DNA from: Trichinella spiralis
Lineage: Eukaryota
DNA: 64,000 bases
Direction of reading: 5' to 3'
NCBI RefSeq assembly: GCF_000181795.1
Contig: NW_003526944.1
Coordinates: 186,001-250,000 of the forward strand
The notes beneath the pieces are model-generated. The model worked only from the letters and a program-made list of their open reading frames with translations, searched no databases and had not been told where the DNA came from. Shown here one piece after another: positions 51,591 through 64,000 of this stretch. Position numbers and translations under genes: made by a program. The first letter of the stretch is position 1. Each line of letters starts with the position of its first letter.

Positions 51591-53306
51591 TCAATGAGAA
51601 TAACGCCATCGGGCACGCTGTGCAAAAACATCGCTACGCAAATTCTGCGCAAAACAAATACCAAGAATCTATAAAAATGAATCATTTTTTAAAACTGATC
51701 GTCGTTACAGTATTCTAAAATGCAATCGCTTAAAAATAACAGCTAGTCATGCATCTATAGCAAAATAAGCAACGTTGACAGGGCAGGATAAGTGAAGCGT
51801 GCGTCCGGCTTGCAAAAGCAACACACGACATCCCTTACTTCAACTGCAACAACTGTCGACGCGATGCCTCCCATAAGTGCAAAATTTCTCTCTATCCAGT
51901 CTAGCCCACGATTTAAACAACCTTCACAGTAGATTTTCTTGCAAACCATCGGTGACTAGAAAACCAAAATTATAATATTGAATATAACTTTTACCTCCAA
52001 AGTAGCAACGCCGACAGCTACAGAACCAACCACGGCCAAATTACGGCTAAACCATTCTTGCACTTGTATCAAGCAACCAGATTGAAAAATACTCTCTGAG
52101 AACTATAAAGCGAAAATAAAAATGGCAAAATCAACCAAAGCAGCAACACATTCCGAACAATACATTTGTTAGTATTGAAGTAGTAAATAAAGAAGCGAAG
52201 AAAAGCAAGACAGAGCAAAAGGCAACACAATAATGTTTACGTAAGTTAACATAATAAATGTGAAGAATCACAAAACAACTTACAAATTGATTACTGCATA
52301 TAAAAACAACAATATGAAAAGTATCTGATGAAAAAAAAACATTCATTTATCCTATTTACAACTTTAGTAATAGCAAATTAAAAACAATTAATGAATAAAA
52401 TAAACAGCCTGAACTTACAGGTGACATTTTTCGAGCACCGTGTCCACAATAATAATTCACCAGGCCATTCAAGCTAGCAGTTTTGCAACAAGAGAAGGGA
52501 ACTCCTCCAGCTTCGGGACTTCCGAGAGCTTCGGACGAACTGTTAAAGTAAATATTCAAATCCCAATCATTCGGACCATGAATACCGCAGCATCGAAGCT
52601 GAAAAATCGAAAAAATATTTAATAATAAACGAATGTCATTCTAATTTACCCAGTCCATTTGAATCCAATCAATCACGCTCTGCAAATCAGGATCATCACG
52701 GTAATAAATTATCATATCATCCAGCTGCGTCTCCAATTGCTCTTTGACCTAAAGAGATAAATTCATGTATAAAATGATCAGAAACCAATCATTGAGATTT
52801 ATATCGATGAAATATCATTACCCAATCTTTAAAAACAAATCCAAGAATGCCAATTGCAAGTTCGATAAGAAGCAAATTTCCAACTAACACAGCATACTAA
52901 AGAATGAGAAAATTCATTAGAAACTGAAATGCAAAATAACTGTTCTACAGTACTTACACATGCAAGTAGGCAAGTGTTCTCTCGTAAGGCGCCAATGCAA
53001 CCCGTAAAACCAATTACAAAAGTGACACCGCCAACAATTATTAGTAACCAAGCCGGGTCTAAGTAAAACTTCGACAAACGAGTACCCAACTGACTGAAGG
53101 GATTTTTTTCTATTTGAGCCCATAAACCAACGAGAAGAATTGTCAATCCAATTAGCTGATTTCATACATAAATGTTATTATATCAATAAAGCACAACAAC
53201 AGTTTTCATGTACCCAGAAAACAACATTGAAACTGAAAACCATGTACTTCACAAAGCAGCTGATTTCGCTGGGATCCCGTCGACGAAAACCAGGAAGCTG
53301 ATGCAT
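51591..53306 (-). CDS. tsp-12: TspanC8-subfamily tetraspanin (TSP-12/TSPAN5-like) with two alternative homologous exons
   Basis: EISCFVKYMVFSFNVVFW, GFTGCIGALRENTCLL, YRDDPDLQSVIDWIQ, CCGIHGPNDWDLNIYF, SPEAGGVPFSCC, and ILGICFAQNLRSDVFAQRARWRYSH-stop. Confidence 0.9.
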
Positions 53307-54801
53307 TCTCTTCTTTACCACTGAATTACAGAATCAATTAAAGACAGTGTTCTAATAGTCTGTAACAAAGTAAAAGTCGTTTTTACATCAGTGCTTTCCT
53401 AAAAGATATCATAAATGAAACTAAGAAAATTTTCAAAGCACTTTAATTTAAATGTACTTTAGTTAAGTTCTCTTAAATGTTAAAATAATCGCATAAAACT
53501 TAAACATTGCTTGATTTAGTTTAGAAACATACGTGAATCATAAATGCACGTTGAAATACTAAACAAATTTGAAATTTAAATGCAACATTACTTAAAGTAA
53601 GAGATAGACACTAACTTACCAAAGTAAAAAAAATAAATAAAATCTAAAATACAATAAGTAACAACATTGAGCTAAAAAAGCACAACAATAACACTGAATA
53701 ATCTTGCAACAGCTTGTAGTTTACTGTAGCTATTTATAATAAGGTTGTATTTGCTTTTATCTTTGAATTGAAATTATAACAAATCTATTTCATGTCATAA
53801 ATTTTATTTTTATGAGCATTTAATTTTATTTAATTGTTTTTTCATTGTTTTAAATGCTTTTATTTACTATTTATAATGAAGTTTAATTAAATTATCATTG
53901 CAAACAGTGCATGTTATTTAATTTGAGATGCTACCAATTTTCCTTAAAGTATGTTTTTCTTATTATACTAATTCAATACAGATATAGTACAATTATGATA
54001 TAGTCATTATTGTTAAGAATATCGTAAAAATGTGACCATGTTAAGAGCGTATTTTTTAAGTTGTTCAAAAAATGAAGGTTAACGTTTTTACGCTTTTTGA
54101 CTTATATTTCATGCTTGAAAAGCTAAACAAGTAATATTTTAAATTAGCGTCATGTAAAATAAATATTGGTGCATTAGAATTACCATGAATATATAAAATT
54201 GCTTATTTTGTTTTATTTTTGATGAATTAAATGACAGTTCTAAAAATACAATTATTAAAATGTTTCCTATTGCTTAAAATATTGAATTATAAGAAAAATG
54301 AAATTATTGAAATATTATCTATCGTTTAAAGACTTGAATTATTTTATGCACAATTGTATACTGTATTTTTGTATCGATTGTTTTTCAGTATTCGTCCTGT
54401 TTTGAATTATTTTTTCCCTGAGATCCGTTAGCAAAATTTTTATTTTAAAATTAAGAGCTTTTCTCAACCGTTGCTGTACTTATGATCATTTTGAATAAGC
54501 GTTGCTTAGATACTTTTTTTATTTTATAGTCACCTGAAATGTGTTATCTTTCGACATTAATTTTTCTGTGCTTTCAGTGGTTGAAAATTCAACTGAAAAG
54601 TCCCATAATCGAATGGATTAGTTTTTCGTTAATTAGTTGTTTTTATAGGCTTTTATATCGTTTTACAGAAGCAGCGGTTTCTGTTGCGTGGGCAATGTTG
54701 TAGGCGTTTTGACGTCACATTCGCTTCTGTCCTTGTGTACATCAACACGCATGGCCGGTGCTTCAGCGCAGCGTAAATCATTTTCTTTTGAAGACTGATC
54801 T

Positions 54802-57800
54802 ATGTCGAATGTTGGTGACGACTTAGACTGTTCTGAACATATTTCCATCGTTCAAGAAGAACCGATTCCTTCAGAACGCTTGGTTCCTCTCGGTGCCTCT
54901 TCTTCCGAAGTCTCATCTCCATGCACTGTATTATCTGACATTGCGTAAGCTATTTTTAATATTTCTGAGTAATAATTATTTGTTTTTTTTTGTTTTGTTG
55001 TTGTACTTTCACGAATTCTGAGTTTGCTTTTAAGTATATAATGATAAGTGGAATTGTCATTTCATTGTCAACGTTACTATTATACCGTGCTGCATTTATT
55101 TCATACTGTTATCTTTATTTATTCAACTATTGCTTTAGTTTAGTCCTTTCTGTTTATAAAGTGAACTGTATTTTTTTGTTATTTTTTCTTATGCATTTCA
55201 AGTTTGTAAATGTTAAATATTTTCTTCACATTATTAATGCTGCGCTATGGTTGACAAATGTAATTCAGACTGTTATTCCTCATTTTAATTGTTACTGCAC
55301 CGATATTATGAATATTACATTGTTTGCTTTCATTTTGAGTGTTGTTTAAATGATGAAATTCGTTTGTGTAATTAAAGTTAATGATGAATAATCGTTTAAT
55401 TTACTTTTTTACACGTGTTAAACAGTTTACTCAATATATTTATTTATAAGCATAAATTTTACATTGTATCGACCTTTTATTTGGTATGCGAGTTTAATAT
55501 GGATGAAAATTATTATTCACGCCATTTATTTATATTTATATATGCATATTTCAGTGATGATCACTACGTGTCCGAACGATTTCGTCAACTTGAAGATGAA
55601 CAAGAACAGCTTACATCCTCTCTTCTTGCATTGTCTTGTCATTTTGCTCAAGTTCAGTTCCGATTGCAGCAAATTTGCAAAGCTCCCACTGAAGAGAAAG
55701 ATGTATACAATTGAAGAATAATATTGAAATAAATTTAAACAGATTATTTGTAACATTTCTATTCAGAGATTGTTGCGAGAACTTGAGGAATTTTCATTCC
55801 GAGAATGTCCGGACATTCTGGAAGCAAAGCGATTGCTTGATCCGAAGCGTGTGTCTGACGTAAGCTGGTCTTTACGGTTCATTGTGCAGTTTGTAATGAT
55901 TTTTGCGTTTATGCAGAATTTGCATTCAACTCATTCAGATAAGCTGAATATTGACCGGCAGCAGTTGAAAGAAGTGCAATTGATCGAACAATTGAAGCAG
56001 CAGCTGAATGATTTGGAAGCATTTGCATACGAAGTTTGTTTTTATTAACTGATTAGCCAATTTTTATAATTTTAATAAGATGTAGTTTTTTAGAGAGGAG
56101 AAGGCGATTTACCATCTAGCAAAATAATTGAAAAACAGCGAGCTGTTATTGATCATTTGCAGCAATTGATGCCGCTCAATTTGAATCAATTTGAAAGATT
56201 GTCATCTGAAGAATTACAGTCAGAAGTCAATCAAGCTTTGAAAAAAGTATGATTATAAGTTTCTATTTTTAATAAATGAGATTGTTCATACATTTTTTTT
56301 CAATTTACAGCTGGTAAATCCTATAAAAGTAAAAGAGCAATTGGTGCAGCAGTTGCAAACGCAGATTGTCGATTTGGAACGGTTTGTGGAATTTTTGCAA
56401 GGCAGCTCTGCTGCACAGCCGAACGATACGATTAGAAATGCTTTGGCGAAAAAAAAGCCCAACCCTGTTGGCAAAGATTCTGGAATATTTGCCACACTGT
56501 TGTCCCAAATATCTACTGTTCTGCAAGTCTACATTTTAAGTCAGTTGGGATGTCAGAGTCGTCGATTTAGGCGAAATGCGTTGAAAAATTCTTTCAAAGG
56601 CAGTCATTGGGGGTATAAATTTATTTTAAAATTTTATTTTATGCTTGTATGAAAAATAATCGTATGAATTTATTGAGTAAATTTTTTCAGTGACCTCCGG
56701 GCTGCTTTGGAAATTAGCATTAATGAGATGGTGGAAATATGTGAACAGTATGATTTATCTTCAGATGCTGGTGCTAATCGCAGAAGTTTGACAATGTCTC
56801 AGAGTGAAGTAACTGTAAGAATTGAATTGACAAATACCAAAAATATTTAACCACTGAAAATTGTTAAAGATGGAAGAGATTTGTCCGAGGGAAATTTTGA
56901 GAGCTGTTCGACGAAATCTTTGTCCAGCTTTAAGAGACTTGTTGCAGCACGGTTTAGTTGATGTAATATTGAATGAAATTATGATTATGTTTGTAATTGT
57001 CTTTTGGTTGTTATTGATTTATTCAAAAAAAATTCTTTTTAGTTTCCGGCTCATCAGGGTTCAGTGTTTGGATGCTTCTCAAAATATAATGAATACGAAA
57101 CGAATGTATTGCATGTCTGGAATGTGGTGGAAAAATTCTATGAACTGAAGGTAGTAGATCAATTAGTATATTGCAAAACCATCATTTTTTTATGTTTTTC
57201 TAGCATGGCAAAGAGCTAGCCGATGCGCCTGTTAGAAAACTGTCTACTGCTTTTCAATTGGAAAATATTGGCGGGAAATCGATTACTTCTAGACAGGTTA
57301 AATTGTTGTTTTTACCTTACACTGTTTGAATTTAAAATTATTTCAGCGTCTTCTTACGACGATTGATAATATATTGTCAACGCACGTAAAATTAAAAAGA
57401 AGCAGTGATGCCATGTTCAAAGCCTTCATCTCAGCTGCCCTCAAGTAGGTTGAACTTACTGTAGCTTTCAAAAAATTATAGATTCTGCAATGATAAAATT
57501 TCATTTAAAGTGAAATTTTGAATATGATTATTTGAAAATTTAGTTATGGAAAGTTATCACCATGGTTGCGCATGATTTTTCACTGTAAAGAGATTCTTGA
57601 CGATTGCTACACATCGTGGAGTTATTGTACTGTCGTTGGTAAGTTACTGTACTTACTTAACAAGTTATAACTATATTATTGCATTTGTTTTCAATAAAAT
57701 TTTAGGCATTGATGAAATATGCCAGTCACTTGATCGGCTCAGTACTTTCCAATTTTGCGTTCCGGTTGATTTTGCTATCCGTCCTTTTGACCTTCTTAAT

Positions 57801-57812
57801 GACGCTTTTTAG
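54802..57812 (+). CDS. RUNDC1: RUN domain-containing protein 1, multi-exon
   Basis: N-terminal ERLVPLGA; QEQLTSSLLALSCHFAQVQFRLQQI; VKEQLVQQLQTQIVDLERFVEFLQ; AVRRNLCPALRDLLQHGL; FKAFISAALN; FQFCVPVDFAIRPFDLLNDAF-stop. Confidence 0.92.
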
Positions 57813-59892
57813 TCTTAAAAAGCATGATGCTTCAAAAGTTAATGTTTATTGCAAAATATTATTTGTTCTGTGAATTTTGAAATTTTAAAATGATATTTCA
57901 TTTCATTACCAAAGAGAAAAATGCTATTAACTGTTTTTGTCGTTTTTTCTGTTTGTCGAAATTTATGAAGAAATTTGAGGTACAAAATCCATGTTTCACA
58001 TTCGTTAAGATGTTAGGATCGTTGGAACGAAGTATGGATGGGAGATGCGATCTGTTGTTATGTAGTGTGCGGAAATCTGAATTATAAGGTGAGTGTGAAC
58101 TGTGTTTATTTTGCTCTGAGCATTTAAACAATTTCAGTGATGTTTTTATACATAACAGATACAAAATTCAGATACGTTATTGATCTTATTTGATGTATTT
58201 TCCTGATATAAATATTATCTGAGAATGTACTTAATTGTCACTTATTTAGTTAAATTGCGTTTTTTATTCTGTTTGCTGTTTTCTTTTTATTTTAGACGAT
58301 TGCAGCAGATTGATGGAATGACAGTGCAGAATATAGATCTATTTGCTGAAAAAATAAATCATTACGAAAGTGCTTTAACGCTAGTTTCTTTGTTTTTATG
58401 TATATTTAATAATGCAATACGAATTGGTATGTAAATATTCTACTTGCTATTTCGATGTTTTCCGTTTACTGTTAAAAATGCTCCGAATTTACTATTAAAA
58501 ATTTAAAAACAAATTACATCACGATGATATGGGTAAATCAACAATGATTTATTTGTTTGCTATACTGTAGGTAAAATGTATTAAATTTAGCTACAGTATG
58601 CGGAAAAATGTAACAGAGCAGTTGTAGTTTTCTTAATGATTGATGCATTATAGGCAGTACTTAAATTAGTAAGCGTTATTTATGCTAAAATGTTTTTTCT
58701 TTACTCGTGAAATTTAATTCAAAAAGCAAATATGGAATTATAAATACCTGAGTTTTTCATATTTATACTGTAGTATAAGCGGCTCTAGCAGCTGGTTGAG
58801 TGATGATTTTGTTATCTACTTTTTTTGATTTGATGTGTCAGCATCTATTGTTTGTTTTCTGCTTCTTGTTTTCATGTTAAAATATCAGCTTACTGCGCAT
58901 TCGGTGTATGATGCTCAGTTCTAGATAAGTCTAGTTTTACGCACTGTATTTTCATTGAACTGTTTAATCATTTGTTTTTCAACTGTTGGCAAATTACAAT
59001 ATCTCGTTGAACTTGCTAACGACAACGGTTTCACTGGTAGAACTGACTTAGCAGTGATGTTGGTTTATAGAATTCAAGAAAAGCTAATAAATCATGATGG
59101 TATATTTGTTAGATGAACATGTTGATTCATTTCTACATAGTATAAAGTTGTCGATTATTTGGAAACGTGTTCTTTTGACCACTTTTGTAAGTTTGATACT
59201 GTCACGATTAGAAAGCAAATGAAGAAGCTCGCTTGTCATCGAAGATGCTCGCTTATTGACGATTTAATAGTTCAACCAGCTGCTATTATTTAACCGAAAA
59301 CTCGGCCAGTAAATATTGACTATATAGAATGGTCCGTAAATGGATCGTGCAGCAGTTGAAAAGCTCAGCGCATCGGTCGTGACAAGCGTTAAACTGGACA
59401 GACCGGCTTCTGTCATACTGTAGTTTGCGCTCAGGTAGCTTTTTTGTCGGACATTGCTGCACAGTTAGTTCTATACCGTAACGGTATTTTCCTTCCATTA
59501 CTCCATTGATTTTTGAACTTTTTTGCCTGTACGGCTAATGTGTGAACGGTTGACAATGCAATTAAGCTTTTTTCCTTATGAAAATGGTCTCTCCGTTTTC
59601 TGTTTTTAAAATCAGTTTTTTTTTGTCTTTATGCGCATTTTTGCTCATTGCCGACAGTTATTTTTAGGTCGTGTCTGGATCTTTTGATGAAATAGAGAGA
59701 GAAAGAATGAAAAAAAGCTATGAATTAAATCACAACCGGTTTATTAGGAAGCTATGTTCTGCTTTTGCGCGGTGTTATTTTATTTATTATTATTATCATT
59801 ATCATTATTTCAGTCGCGACATTTACAAAATTTGTTCGCTGTATAAGCAGTAGTAAATTTTTTAAGAGTCTGGCAAGAGTGTAGGAGTGGCA

Positions 59893-62800
59893 ATGGCGTT
59901 GCCAGCTGATGCTCCAAGAACACGACTTTGCCATTTGATAAAGTCTAGTATTGACCAAGAGTATGGGTTCAATTTGCATGCTGAAGCAGGCAAAGGACAA
60001 TACATCGGCAGTGTAGATTACAATAGTCCGGCAGACAACGCTGGCTTATGCCGTGGTGATCGTATTGTAGCTGTGAATGGTGTTTATGTGGCCGATCAAC
60101 CGCACAAGGATGTTGTGGCCAAAATCAAAGAAGATCCGTTGCAATGTCGGCTTACTGTCATCGATGAAGCTGGAGAACTTTGGTATCGTGAGCGCAATTT
60201 GACTGTACCACTGGAAGATGAATTCGAAGACAATACTGTTTCAGAAGTGAGATGATTGTTTGTTTCTCTTATGAACCTGTGAAATTCAATTTGAAACAAT
60301 TTTATTATCGCGACTTGCAGCAGAAACCTTTGCCCAGACTGTGCACGTTAGTACGGTCGAATGTTAATCAAGAGTATGGTTTCAATTTGCATGCCGATAG
60401 GGGCAGAGGTCATTTTATTGGCAAAGTGGACATCGGCTCGATTGCCGAAAGAGCCGGTTTGGAACAGGGCCAGCGTATTGTCGGCGTCAACAACACGCTC
60501 ATCTATGTGTCATCGTCGCATAAGGTTCGAATAGCTCACATTCTAAACATAAAATTTTGCAATTTATATTTTACAAAAAATAGAAGAATATTTTTTTTTC
60601 TTCTATTTGCTCATTTCACATTTGAAGCTCAGCTTTTCAGGATGTTGTACGATTGATTAAGCAGGACCCATCCGGCGTGCAGCTTTTGGTCGCATCACCG
60701 TCAGTTGACGATTGGTATCGCAGCAATGGTGTTGAATTTTCTTTCACAGAAACCGAAACCTGGCTGCCAACGGTGGTCACTGGTGAACAGCGGAAGGATA
60801 ATAACAACGGTTATGTAACCACTGAAGGAGATGATCATATTGACGGCAAGTTCAAGGTAAGCTGAAAAATTGTTCATCATCATCTTTTTCTTTTCAGTCA
60901 GGACAGCAATAATGTTAGTGTACAATAATTTGTTGCATTTATTGAAATGAATTTTTCAAATATATCTTTTTATTATTTACTTTGTTGTATTGCTTTTCCG
61001 TGTTAAATTGGCAAACTTTGGCGTGATATCTGTCTAGTTTTCTAAGTTGTTTCGCAGTGCAGTGACGTGGTTGTGTTTGCACGCATATTGGGTAAGCAAT
61101 TGAAAGCATTTTTCATTTTCAATGCGATGACATTTGCTTAAAAAGGAATTATTTTTTCCATTGCTTACACTTAAAAAGGAAGGTAAATGCAGAAAGTTTC
61201 ATTTTAATTGTTCGAATCTGTCTAGCCGGCGACTGACGTTTTCAAGCATAGAGTGGCAGTGCTTTGCTTTTTAATTAACTTGTAAAATATTACGGAAATG
61301 ATTGAGAACGAGCCAAACGTAAGTGGACAAATTCCATACAAATATAATTTATCTCATCGATGAATAAGTGAATATTATTTTCAGCGGTGAATCATTGTTG
61401 ATGATTACTGTATCAAGTTGTAGATTTTGTTCAGTTGTTAGCAGTAGACTTGAGAAATTAGAATTCTATTTGTGATTTGATCATTTTGGTTTCAAGTTTC
61501 CCAATTTCAGCACTGCAGTTACTAAAGAATTTTCATTTTATAATGTGTTCAGTTATATAATACGTGTTTAGTGTAACTGTTTCGCATGTATTAAATAACT
61601 TTACGTGATATTTTTGTATGTAAATGACTTTCAAGAAACATTAGAATAAATAGTAAAATGCTTTGATGAATGTAATAGAAGCATGCAAATGAAGACGAAT
61701 TCATTTTATGATGATTATATTCAAGAAGGACATTTAAGTATATTTTGAGAATGCAGTCTTTAAATGGTTTCCATTACAATCTGCTTGCGTTCACTATCTT
61801 TAGTACATAAATTCTTTATTGTCGATACTGATTACTTCACAGTGCAGTATACGATTGCATAATATGTATGTTTTTTTCTATATGGAAATGATTTTCCTAT
61901 ATTTTCATTTGCATACTGTTTGATTCGCATCGTTTTACTTGATTTTTAAGTTCTTTTCATACAAGTTTGACCTATTAGAACAGTAGAATATGTGAGTAAA
62001 TTTTATTCAGTTGTCCAATCTTGTAATTGTGATAACCATTTTGATGCAATTTAAAAATATTTCAGCTAATCATTTGATGAGTCATTTGTTTTGAAGAAAA
62101 GATTAGCATGTTTATAATCTGTTGCACTTTTCTGATGACTATTTTGTAAACATGGTTTATTTATCAACTCTTGCGTATTGTTGTAATGTTTGCTTTTAAA
62201 GCATGGGTAAATTTATTTGATATGTCATTTTTGATCTTTCTATTTGATTGAATTGTAAAATTTTATCTATCAACAAGCGACAAAATGAATGACACATTTT
62301 TTCGACACTAGTTGTTTAGCATCAACAGTTCTTCCTGTCGTTGTTTCAGCTTTGTGCAAAGTATGATAATAACGATGGTGGACAGTTTTGATATTTTAAA
62401 GAAGCAAATTAATCATTATTATCAGTTGTGCAATGCGCGATATGCAGTTGAACAAGCAGAGACGATATGATGATGATGAGCTGGATGTTGTAATTAAGAA
62501 ACGCGGATGTATTTCACACACGTTTTATGCACATATTTGTATAAATTGTGTTGAATATGATTATTTTGTCGTTTATCGTTTGTGATGAGTGTTGTTTGTA
62601 TGATTAGATGGAAATAACTAAAACGACGACGCCCATGACTGAACCAGAACAAGGAAAAGTATCATTGGAAGATGTGAATGATCAACAGGTGAGTGAAGAT
62701 GTGCAATGATAGAGGAACTGCTTGCTTGTCTTCCGCTTCATTTTGTTTTTGTTTTGTTTGATTTTCAGTTTGGTGCTGAATCAGCAAACGGAAGTTCCTT

Positions 62801-63046
62801 TAGCAATCACTGTGTCAGCCAAGAGTCACAGTCTTCGCGTAAGTTAATTTTCTTTTCTGATATTTGAAAAAAAAGAAAAAAAATTTTTTATTGCCATTTT
62901 TACGAATTTTAGGCGATGGATTGGGAGATTTGTGGGATTTGACAGCCGCTGAAATGCGTCAGCGTTTGCTAAGACAGAAGAAAGTTGATCCACGAAGCCA
63001 GCCGTTGAGTTTGGAGAAAAAATATGAAATTGCGCAAAATTTATGA
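59893..63046 (+). CDS. nrfl-1: NHERF/EBP50-family tandem-PDZ scaffold (NRFL-1/Sip1-like), multi-exon
   Basis: Two PDZ domains, each RLC...EYGFNLHA. C-terminal ERM-binding tail DLTAAEMRQRL..KKVDPRSQPLSLEKKYEIAQNL. Confidence 0.9.
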
Positions 63047-64000
63047 AGTAGCATCATTATCACTCATTTCAGAGAAACATTGATTTATTTCCATGATGAG
63101 CCACGGTGCTCCAGGTGTTTTTTGCTTGACAGCTTGTAATTGAGGGGAAATTTGCTTGTACACACTTTATTTTTAATCTTTGTCTGTCGTTTAAAGATTT
63201 TTTTATTGTAAACTTGTTCTGATTGCATCATCGATTTCTCTGAAAGCTTGTTCTGCTTATATTTTGCTTTTATTGATCTATATAAAAAATTTTAATGTTT
63301 TTCTGATAAAAAACAATCAATCGCCAGGATTGTTGAATGCTATTGCGATTAAACAGCTAATTCTGTCATTGGAGCGTATTTTTCAAGGTGAAAACAGTGA
63401 AATGCAATGTGGGTGTGCAAAATAAAAAGAAGTATTTCATTTACAAGTATTTAAAGCAGAGCGCACTGCTGCATCGATGCAGTGAAACGACAACGTAAAG
63501 CGTACGAAACGCAATGTAAGAAAATGAATAATTTACAGTAAGAACAGTTTTCAAGTTTCATTTCATAAAAGAATTTTATATTTCATGCAGTTTATTGTAA
63601 ACTGTGTAAATGAACAAAACGTGAACTTTTATGTAAATAACATAGCAATTTGTGTGAAAAATTTTACAAATATTCAAAAAAACAAAATATGATCGCCTAA
63701 TTTATGAATTAAATTGAAAGTAAAAATATTTACGGCTCTTTTTGCTAAATTTATATGATTTTTTGCATACTATTAAGTGAATTAAAACTTTCTGCTAATT
63801 TTCATGCTCATGATGGAGTACTTTATATTTTTGAATTGCGAAAAATGTACCACAAAATGCAAAAAATGTAAATTCATTAAAAAATTTATTAAAATTTAAA
63901 AAATAATATGAAAATGAATTGAAAACTTTCTTGCAGCATCTCTTGGTCATTTCAATTAACATTTGAAAAAAGATGAATGATTAGAAGTATTGTATTGGTA

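Noticed and set aside
61208..61232. tRNA-like GTTCGAATC
   Set aside because: No T-stem, anticodon arm or acceptor stem can be built from the flanks.
60846..62360. GC-AG donor at 60846 joined to a 41-nt exon at 62320-62360 in NHERF
   Set aside because: Phase-compatible, but a canonical GTAAG donor 11 nt downstream explains the gene. Not supportable without reads.
18904..63046. U12-type (minor spliceosome) introns
   Set aside because: The introns I inspected have ordinary GT-AG ends with no RTATCCTT donor or TCCTTAAC branch site.

Overview
AT-rich, gene-dense eukaryotic genomic DNA with short (~55-75 nt) GT-AG introns and 3' splice-site-like acceptors just upstream of many start codons. Protein signatures (tsp-12, bbln-1, nrfl-1 style sequences) point to a nematode, and retention of exportin-5 and a stand-alone SNM1A suggests a clade I nematode such as Trichinella (inference). 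Genes, left to right: BRAWNIN/UQCC6 microprotein abutting ALKBH1; a divergent pair of small secreted-peptide genes, one Gly/Tyr-rich; a five-PAN-domain secreted protein; an intronless GNAT; MTG1; XPO5; DEPDC1/let-99-like; SmG; SNM1A/DCLRE1A; bublin; a divergent intronless CDC37; ZC3H4/6-like; EARS2; tsp-12-like tetraspanin; RUNDC1; NHERF. Best findings: (1) BRAWNIN stops 4 nt before the ALKBH1 ATG, and an alternative acceptor would fuse BRAWNIN exon 1 in frame to ALKBH1; (2) the tetraspanin has tandem duplicated exons 39 nt apart that look mutually exclusive and change the EC2 cysteine count; (3) an NLP/caenacin-like Gly/Tyr peptide precursor; (4) a CDC37 that has lost the HPNI kinase-mimic motif. 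No tRNA, rRNA, CRISPR array or transposase was recognised. Exon structures were derived by hand and family assignments are from recalled motifs, not database searches.
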